Source of the DNA: a virus
Lineage: Duplodnaviria; Heunggongvirae; Uroviricota; Caudoviricetes
Strand: one strand, 5' to 3'
DNA length: 11,180 nucleotides
IMG/VR virus record: IMGVR_UViG_2859783438_000004
This document shows, piece after piece, positions 5,025 to 11,180 of this stretch. The position numbers and the translations under genes are program-made. Position 1 is the first letter of the stretch. Every line of letters begins with the position of its first letter. The notes under the pieces are model-generated. The model saw only the letters and a program-made list of their open reading frames with translations. It had not been told where the DNA came from and made no database searches.

Positions 5025-6089
5025 ATGGCTAACGCCTGGCTCAGATTATGGCATGACATGCCAAATGACCCTAAGTGGCGAACAATTGCCAGGGTGTCAG
5101 GGCAGCCAATTGCAACAGTGATGGCAGTGTATATCCACCTCCTGGTGAGCGCGTCACGAAATGTCACGCGAGGTCACATTGATGTCACGACAGAAGATTT
5201 GGCAAGTGCGCTCGACGTGACAGAAGAGGTAATTGATTCAATTTTGCAGACGATGCAGGGGCGGGTACTTGATGGTGATTTAATCACTGGATGGGAAAAA
5301 CGCCAGGTGCTTAAAGAGGACAACGGCAATATTTCGCAAACCGCAAAATCTCCTGCAGAGCGCAAGAGGGCGCAGCGAGAGAGGGAAAGAAAGCGGGAAC
5401 AAAATGGCGATTGTCACGGCGCGTCACGAAATGTCACGCACATGTCACGACGAGTCACGACAGATACAGATAAAGATACAGATAAAGAAGATCAAAACAC
5501 TATGGTCCATGGCGTAAAAAACGCCACGAACCAGGCAGGGGATGTTCAGACCGTCAATCCTGGTCAGCCAGCAGGCTCGACACCGGAAGCCGATTCAGCG
5601 TATGCGCTGAAAGCCGATTCGGGCGCTGTGCAGCAGGTGATGACCGCAAGGCCGGAGCAATCACTCCAACTGCAGCAGCCTGAAGCCGATTCCGCCATTC
5701 AGCGGGAAGCCGATCGGGTAGCCCCGGAAAACACCGGGCAGCCTGTGGGACGAGTGGATTATCCGGATGTGTTCGAACAGGTCTGGCGGGAATACCCGTT
5801 GCGTGCCGGGGCAAACCCGAAGAAATCCGCATTCAGTGCCTGGAAGGCCAGATTGCGCGAGGGGGTGCCACCAGAGACCATGCTGGATGGTGTGAGGCGT
5901 TACGCGAGATACCTGGCGGCGACCGGGAAAGCGGGAACGGAATTTGTTCAGCGAGCGACGACGTTTTTTGGGCCGGACCGGAATTTTGAAAACCCCTGGT
6001 TGCTCCCGGTAAGCGGCACGAACAACCAGCGTTGTGTGAATCATATTTCTGAACCGGATACCGAAATTCCGCCGGGATTCAGGGGGTGA
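5025..6089 (+). CDS. Replication initiation protein (lambda O-like role) with the replication origin iterons embedded in the coding sequence
   Basis: ATG at 5025 after GAGG (ORF track begins at GTG 5019); two clusters of GTCACG repeats inside the gene; immediately upstream of, and overlapping the RBS of, the DnaC-like loader. Confidence 0.7.
   Translation: MANAWLRLWHDMPNDPKWRTIARVSGQPIATVMAVYIHLLVSASRNVTRGHIDVTTEDLASALDVTEEVIDSILQTMQGRVLDGDLITGWEKRQVLKEDNGNISQTAKSPAERKRAQRERERKREQNGDCHGASRNVTHMSRRVTTDTDKDTDKEDQNTMVHGVKNATNQAGDVQTVNPGQPAGSTPEADSAYALKADSGAVQQVMTARPEQSLQLQQPEADSAIQREADRVAPENTGQPVGRVDYPDVFEQVWREYPLRAGANPKKSAFSAWKARLREGVPPETMLDGVRRYARYLAATGKAGTEFVQRATTFFGPDRNFENPWLLPVSGTNNQRCVNHISEPDTEIPPGFRG
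5151..5193. repeat. Iteron cluster 1: four GTCACR cores at 10-11 bp spacing
   Basis: GTCACG at 5153, 5163 and 5184, GTCACA at 5173; an inverted copy GTGAC at 5216-5220; the 19-mer GCGTCACGAAATGTCACGC (5151-5169) recurs exactly at 5421-5439. Confidence 0.6.
5411..5486. repeat. Iteron cluster 2 (five GTCACG cores at 10-11 bp spacing) followed by a 12-bp tandem duplication GATACAGATAAA x2; putative ori core
   Basis: GTCACG at 5413, 5423, 5433, 5444, 5454; GATACAGATAAA at 5463-5474 and 5475-5486, A-rich. Confidence 0.6.
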
Positions 6090-6095
6090 TGTGGC

Positions 6096-6842
6096 ATGAA
6101 AAACATTGCGGCAGCCGGGGTTCTTGAACGTATTCACAGACTTGCACCACAGGGGGCGGTTCCACCGTACCGGACGGTGGAGGAGTGGCGGGAATGGCAA
6201 CTTGCTGAAGGACGAAAACGCAGCGAGGAGATTAACCGCCAGAATCGCCAGTTGCGGGTGGAAAAAATCCTGAATCGTTCGGGCATCCAGCCTCTGCACA
6301 GCAAATGCTCGTTTGCGAATTATCAGGTGCAGAACGACGGGCAAAAATACGCGCTGAGCCAGGCCAAATCCATAGCTGACGAACTGATGACCGGGTGCAC
6401 GAATTTTGTGTTCAGCGGTAAAACCGGCACCGGGAAAAATCACCTTGCAGCGGCGATGGGTAACCGGCTGATGGCGAAGGGGCGCAGCGTGATTATCGTC
6501 ACCGAGTCTGATGTCATGAGCGTGTTGCATGACAGCTACGACAACGGCAAATCCGGTGAAAAATTTTTACAGGAGCTTTGCGGGGTTGATTTGCTGGTCC
6601 TGGATGAAATAGGCATTCAGCGGGAGACGAAAAACGAGCAGGTGGTATTGCACCAGATAATTGATCGCCGGACAGCATCACTGTGCAGTGTCGGGATGTT
6701 AACAAACCTGAATCATGCCGCAATGAGCACGCTTCTTGGTGAGAGGATTATGGACCGCATGACCATGAACGGTTGTCGGTGGGTGACGTTTAACTGGGAT
6801 AGCTGGCGTTCAAATGTCAGCTTTCCGGGAGTTGTGAAGTAA
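6096..6842 (+). CDS. DnaC-like replicative helicase loader (AAA+ ATPase, IstB/DnaC family)
   Basis: Walker A GKTGTGKNHLAAA and Walker B LLVLDEIG; GGGGGTGA RBS overlapping the stop of the initiator gene. Confidence 0.85.
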   Translation: MKNIAAAGVLERIHRLAPQGAVPPYRTVEEWREWQLAEGRKRSEEINRQNRQLRVEKILNRSGIQPLHSKCSFANYQVQNDGQKYALSQAKSIADELMTGCTNFVFSGKTGTGKNHLAAAMGNRLMAKGRSVIIVTESDVMSVLHDSYDNGKSGEKFLQELCGVDLLVLDEIGIQRETKNEQVVLHQIIDRRTASLCSVGMLTNLNHAAMSTLLGERIMDRMTMNGCRWVTFNWDSWRSNVSFPGVVK

Positions 6843-6863
6843 TTTTTGTTGGAGGATGTTTTA

Positions 6864-7589
6864 ATGGAAACTGTATTTGACGCACTGAAAGCACTGAAAA
6901 GAGCCTCTTCACATGTGGTGGCGTCCCGCCTTGGAATCAGCCGTGAAGATGCGGTCAACGAACTGTGGAAACTGAAGCGCCGTGGTGAAGCGGATAACAA
7001 GGGTTCGATGTGGTGGCTGATTCAGGCTGGTGAAAGTGAACCAGTGTCACCGGTACCGAAAGTGACAGCGCAAATGCTGACTGAGGCGATTGAACAACAT
7101 GGCCCACAAACGGCGGATGAGCTGGCACTGATGTTCGGGATTACCTCCCGCCGGGCGAATTCATCGCTGGCCATGGCAATCAGCAAAGGGCGTCTGATTC
7201 GCGTGAATCAGGGCGGTAAATTTCGGTACTGCATACCGGGCGCTGATTTACCGGCAGAGCCGAAAGCCGCATCCATAGCGGAAACGGATGGTAAAGTCTT
7301 TCCTCAGCCAGCAGGTGTTGCGTTACCGGTACAGGAAGCTGCAACACAGGAAGAAATTAAAACAGAAACTGTGGCGGACATTGTGCAGTCGTTGCCATCG
7401 TTCACCGAAACGCAAGCGGATGACCTGGTTTTACCATCGCTGCATATGGCAAACCGCGAACTGCGTCGGGCGAAAAGTCATGTCCAGAAGTGGGAGCGTG
7501 TCTGCGCCGCGTTGCGGGAGCTGAACAAGCACCGGGATATTGTTCGACAGATTGTCGATTCCTCCGGTCGTATTGTGTCGGAAAAGTGA
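6864..7589 (+). CDS. Hypothetical protein (241 aa) with two winged-helix-like modules and a charged C-terminal helical region
   Basis: GGAGG then 8 nt then ATG at 6864 (ORF track begins at a TTG at 6846); internal repeats [23 protein letters not shown] and [25 protein letters not shown]. Confidence 0.6.
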   Translation: METVFDALKALKRASSHVVASRLGISREDAVNELWKLKRRGEADNKGSMWWLIQAGESEPVSPVPKVTAQMLTEAIEQHGPQTADELALMFGITSRRANSSLAMAISKGRLIRVNQGGKFRYCIPGADLPAEPKAASIAETDGKVFPQPAGVALPVQEAATQEEIKTETVADIVQSLPSFTETQADDLVLPSLHMANRELRRAKSHVQKWERVCAALRELNKHRDIVRQIVDSSGRIVSEK

Positions 7590-7604
7590 TTGCCGGGGGC
7601 GCTT

Positions 7605-8027
7605 ATGGCAAAAGTATTTACACAGGAAGAGCGGGAAAAAATTAAGGGGCAGGTTGTTGAACTCGTACGCCAGAGTGGGCGCGAGACGTTACGACAACTG
7701 GAAGCTAAAACCGGGGCGACAAGATATTTAATAAGCGTTCTCGCCAGAGAGCTGGTTGCCAGTGGGGATGTATACAACTCTGGCTACGGGTTATTCCCGT
7801 CTGAACAGGCTCGTAAGGACTGGCAAAACGCCCGCAAAAAACTCTCGAGGGCAAAGCTGAAGAAACCATCTGTGGTTGATCCGGACCTTATCTGGTCATT
7901 ACCAGACGGAGAAATACGCCGCTACGACAGACATCAGAACATAATCTGTCGCGAGTGCCGGAAGAGTGAAGTTATGCAGCGTGTACCGGCTTTCTATCAG
8001 GGTGATTTTCAGGAGGCGGTACTGTGA
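7605..8027 (+). CDS. Hypothetical protein (140 aa) with one winged-helix-like module and a CxxC element
   Basis: ATG at 7605 (ORF track begins at a TTG at 7590 directly after the upstream stop); segment RETLRQLEAKTGATRYLISVLARELVASGDVYN resembles the modules in the preceding gene. Confidence 0.55.
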   Translation: MAKVFTQEEREKIKGQVVELVRQSGRETLRQLEAKTGATRYLISVLARELVASGDVYNSGYGLFPSEQARKDWQNARKKLSRAKLKKPSVVDPDLIWSLPDGEIRRYDRHQNIICRECRKSEVMQRVPAFYQGDFQEAVL

Positions 8028-8084
8028 GTGAAATTAGCTATCAGGCTTCAATTACCGCTGGCATTCGCATCAAAGGAGAGGAGC

Positions 8085-8441
8085 ATGGAAATAAAACCAG
8101 AAGATGAGTTAAGCAATATTGTTTTATTTCCGGTAAAAGAGGATAACCCTCGTAATCAGGTTAATTTTCTTTATGAGCCATCGGAAAGACCATATTGCCA
8201 TCACGCTTCTGTCCGGGTTGACGAAAAAGAGCGTCAGGTCCGCTGTAAAATTTGCGGTGCAGTTGTGGAGCCATTTGACTGGATGCTCTCTGTGGCGAAA
8301 AGAGAAACCAGACTGGCAGATGATGTAAGGCTCTTGCGCCAGGAGGAGCGGGAAAGGCGAAAAAATATAGAAAAGCTAATCCAGATTGAGCGTAATGCGA
8401 AAGCGCGGATACGCAGGGTGACAAAATATAGCCCCGAATAA
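8085..8441 (+). CDS. Hypothetical zinc-ribbon protein (118 aa) with a basic helical C-terminus
   Basis: AGGAGAGGAG directly upstream of ATG 8085 (ORF track begins at GTG 8028 with no RBS); cysteine/histidine pattern PYCHH..x14..CKIC. Confidence 0.55.
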   Translation: MEIKPEDELSNIVLFPVKEDNPRNQVNFLYEPSERPYCHHASVRVDEKERQVRCKICGAVVEPFDWMLSVAKRETRLADDVRLLRQEERERRKNIEKLIQIERNAKARIRRVTKYSPE

Positions 8442-8655
8442 TCAAGGTTATTTCTGGAAGTCAAGTCGTGAGTGATGAGGACTAACAAATACGGTGAACT
8501 CGATAAAGAGATTCAGGACGAACTGGAGGCCAGGAATGATTGACAAATCACCAAGTGAGTTCAGCTACAAAGATTTATTGTCATAACGGGTTATGAGATC
8601 GACTTGGTGCGTGATATTCTTCGGGCCAGTTTGCTATGCGCCACCATGAGATGTT

Positions 8656-10488
8656 ATGGCCCGCATGTTTGATACATTAGGATTTTACATTATGAATGTG
8701 CAACATTTTGATTTTTTTACAGATAATGAGTTTTCTAATCTGGAAAGATATCAAACTTGTAAAGCCATGGCCAAAGGTTATGCGGGCAATTACAAAACCG
8801 GGCAGTCAAGGTTGATGCATGCCCGCTCATACTGCTTCAGCATCGTAGCTGCATATTGGGATACCCTTGCAAAAAAGCAAAAAAGCAGCATTAAAATGAG
8901 GGCAGTACCGCACACTGTTTACATAGAAGACATTCCATGTGATGCACGCGAGCTCGCTGAACGAACAGGTGAGCTTATTGCTCAATTTCCGGCGGAGGAC
9001 GCTGGATATCTGATTGGGTCAATTTATACGGTAATGCTGCCATCCGCTTACCGTTCGGAATTGGGGGCTTACTATACCCCCCCACCTTTGGTAGCGCGTC
9101 TCTTGGACCTGGCTGAAAAGTCTGGTGTTGATTTTTCTCATGCATCGGTTATTGATCCTGCGTGTGGTGGCGGTGCATTTTTGGCACCAGTAGCCATTCG
9201 AATGTTAAAAAAAGACAAGGGGTCTTCCCCTGAATGGATGTTGAGGAGAATCAGTCGTCGTTTAAAGGGGATAGAAATCGATCCATTTGCGGCTTGGATG
9301 AGTTTGGTATTGCTCGAATCTGTACTAATGCCACTATGTGTAAAGGTAAAACGTAGATTGCCTGAAGATACAATTATTGTTGCTGATGCGCTTCAGCAAG
9401 ATAAATTTTCTGGTTATGATCTTGTGGTAGGGAATCCGCCTTACGGACGTGTCACTCTCGATATTAAAACGAGAGAAAAATATTCTCGTTCGTTATTTGG
9501 TCATGCAAATCTATATGGATTGTTCACCGACTTAGCTGTTCGCATGGTTAAAGAGAAAACAGGAGTTATTGCATTTCTTACGCCAACTTCTTTTCTTGGT
9601 GGGCAGTATTTCACCGCGCTGCGAACCCTTTTGACCGAAAAAACTACTCCGTATGCCCTTGATTTCGTCACTGACAGGGATGGGGTCTTTGACGATGTTC
9701 TCCAGGAAACAATGTTGACAGCATTCAAGGCGGGAGAACATAAAGTTCGGGCCCAGGTATCCTCACTTGTCCCTAAGGGGTTGAACAAAGCAAAAATTGA
9801 GAAAATAGGTAATGTTGATATAGAAAAAGGTGGAGCAACGTGGCTTTTGCCACGCGTTAAAGATGATGCCTGTTTTCTTAATGTATTAAAACAGATGTCT
9901 ACGCGTTTAGCTGATCTGGGATACTCAGTCTCTACAGGTCAGTTAGTCTGGAATCGATTTAAGTCGCAGTTGCGTACGACGAAAGGAAAAAATAGCTACC
10001 CATTAGTCTGGGCGGAATCAATAACTTCAGCTGGTTTTCGTTTTAGTGCAGACAGAAAAAATCATGTTCCCTATATCGATATAACCCCACAACAGGGTTT
10101 CCTTGTGACAAAATCTGAATGTGTGCTTGTTCAGCGGACAACATCGAAGGAACAGGACAGAAGGATTTTAGCGGCAATTTTACCTCAGGGATTTATAGAT
10201 GAAACTGGTGGCGTAGTAGTTGAAAACCATATTAATATTGTATATTCAAACGGATTGTTCTCTGCGGTTCGCCCTGATGTTATTGATATGCTACTTAATT
10301 CGCATGTTGTCGATCGGGCGTTCAGGTGTATAAGCGGAAGTGTTGCTGTTTCGGCCTATGAATTGAATTCAATCCCGTTGCCTTCTCTGGAGCAGGTGAT
10401 GGAGATTCAATCGTTAATTGATGCTGGCGTCCACAGACGGATTATTGAGAGAACTATCGCTGGTTTCTATGGAGTGATGATTGCATGA
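8656..10488 (+). CDS. Gamma-class N6-adenine DNA methyltransferase (Eco57I/TaqI-like motif order), 610 aa
   Basis: Motif X GAYYTPPPLVARLL, motif I VIDPACGGGAFL, motif IV VVGNPPYG in that order; about 300 aa C-terminal region as a candidate target-recognition domain. Start uncertain (ATG 8656 has no clear RBS; in-frame ATG at 8692 follows AGGA). Confidence 0.85.
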   Translation: MARMFDTLGFYIMNVQHFDFFTDNEFSNLERYQTCKAMAKGYAGNYKTGQSRLMHARSYCFSIVAAYWDTLAKKQKSSIKMRAVPHTVYIEDIPCDARELAERTGELIAQFPAEDAGYLIGSIYTVMLPSAYRSELGAYYTPPPLVARLLDLAEKSGVDFSHASVIDPACGGGAFLAPVAIRMLKKDKGSSPEWMLRRISRRLKGIEIDPFAAWMSLVLLESVLMPLCVKVKRRLPEDTIIVADALQQDKFSGYDLVVGNPPYGRVTLDIKTREKYSRSLFGHANLYGLFTDLAVRMVKEKTGVIAFLTPTSFLGGQYFTALRTLLTEKTTPYALDFVTDRDGVFDDVLQETMLTAFKAGEHKVRAQVSSLVPKGLNKAKIEKIGNVDIEKGGATWLLPRVKDDACFLNVLKQMSTRLADLGYSVSTGQLVWNRFKSQLRTTKGKNSYPLVWAESITSAGFRFSADRKNHVPYIDITPQQGFLVTKSECVLVQRTTSKEQDRRILAAILPQGFIDETGGVVVENHINIVYSNGLFSAVRPDVIDMLLNSHVVDRAFRCISGSVAVSAYELNSIPLPSLEQVMEIQSLIDAGVHRRIIERTIAGFYGVMIA

Positions 10489-11180
10489 ATCTGCCTGTTG
10501 TTCCCCCATTGAATGTTATCCGGGAAAGATTACAATTAATTTTCCCTGAAGGGACTGAGAATCGTGGATATTTAATTCGGGAAATAGCTGCAAAAACAAT
10601 TTTTGTCATGTTTTATGCTGGTGCGGTTGAGGGGCTGGGGCGATGGATAAGGCCCAGCCAGGTTGTAAGTATGGGAGATTCGCAGGCTGCTCTTACTGAT
10701 GATGCGTCCAGAGAAAGCTGGGTAAAGATGACTTTCTCTAAACAAAAGATAAGGCCTGCTGATGCATGGTATGCGGAAAATACGCGTGAGCCAATACGTG
10801 ATGAAACTATAAAAAATGGCCTAATACCTTGCAATGCAATTGTTGAGCGTAAAGGTATACCCACCACATCCTCTCGTCCTCGTTACAGTTTGAATCGCTC
10901 TTTTGCAGCACTCTTTGATGCCGGGCTTGAAGGAGATTCGCTGCTGAGTGCAATAAGTTCCTGGCAAGAAAATCATTTGAACAAAGCCGCTCTTGCTAGG
11001 TTGCGTTTATTGAAATCAGGGGCAGTGATTGCTGCTGATGCCGTAGTCGTCACTTTCCCAAATGGAGAGAAGAGAACTTTAGCTCCGGGCCCGTCAAGTA
11101 CAATAGCTAAGGCCGTCATCGAAGTTTTTGCTCCTAATTTTCTTAAGAATCCAACTGTGCTCTGTGAAGTGGCACACTGA
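10485..11180 (+). CDS. Hypothetical protein (231 aa) translationally coupled to the methyltransferase; candidate PD-(D/E)xK nuclease / restriction endonuclease
   Basis: ATG overlaps the MTase stop (ATGA at 10485-10488); possible nuclease core IRDETIK..15 aa..AIVERKG (D..ExK); stop TGA is the last three bases of the window. Confidence 0.6.
   Translation: MNLPVVPPLNVIRERLQLIFPEGTENRGYLIREIAAKTIFVMFYAGAVEGLGRWIRPSQVVSMGDSQAALTDDASRESWVKMTFSKQKIRPADAWYAENTREPIRDETIKNGLIPCNAIVERKGIPTTSSRPRYSLNRSFAALFDAGLEGDSLLSAISSWQENHLNKAALARLRLLKSGAVIAADAVVVTFPNGEKRTLAPGPSSTIAKAVIEVFAPNFLKNPTVLCEVAH

Noticed and set aside
5151-5459. GTCACG repeat arrays as a possible CRISPR array
   Set aside because: Repeat unit is only about 6 bp on a 10-bp period inside a protein-coding gene, with no spacer structure; it fits replication-origin iterons.
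5554-7000. Long minus-strand ORFs (5661-6530 at 289 aa, 5554-5832, 6514-6723, 6713-7000) antisense to the replication genes
   Set aside because: Antisense to well-supported coding sequence with RBSs and Walker motifs; arginine- and proline-rich translations typical of spurious frames in GC-rich coding DNA.
7288-8488. Overlapping ORFs 7288-7524 (+), 7478-7777 (-), 7540-7731 (+), 8161-8445 (-), 8234-8488 (-)
   Set aside because: Embedded in or antisense to better-supported genes with RBSs; the translations look non-protein-like.
9501-10867. Minus-strand ORFs 9501-9788, 9532-9741 and 10613-10867
   Set aside because: Antisense to the methyltransferase and its coupled partner; no start-site support.

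Overview
This window reads as the early/immunity region of a lambdoid (Rac-like) enterobacterial prophage, carrying two copies of a deleted IS1. All calls are from reading the sequence and ORF track by eye; no database search or computation was possible, and protein family names rest on recalled motifs. Left to right: a minus-strand Rha-family regulator gene whose 3' end is interrupted by a 430-bp internally deleted IS1 (mini-IS1) with a 9-bp target duplication; a second, same-sized mini-IS1 (identical ORF translations) with its own target duplication splitting a small plus-strand ORF; two small leftward genes; then the immunity region. That region has OL-like operators, a rho-independent terminator, and a leftward repressor-antitoxin-toxin operon in which the ParE-like toxin frame carries two tandem in-frame TGA codons, followed by OR-like operators. 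Rightward genes are Cro/YdaS-like, YdaT-like, a replication initiator with two embedded iteron clusters, a DnaC-like helicase loader, and three uncharacterised genes. The window ends with a gamma-class N6-adenine DNA methyltransferase translationally coupled to a 231-aa ORF, which is the best candidate here for an undescribed restriction-modification or defence module. No rRNA, tRNA or CRISPR array was seen.
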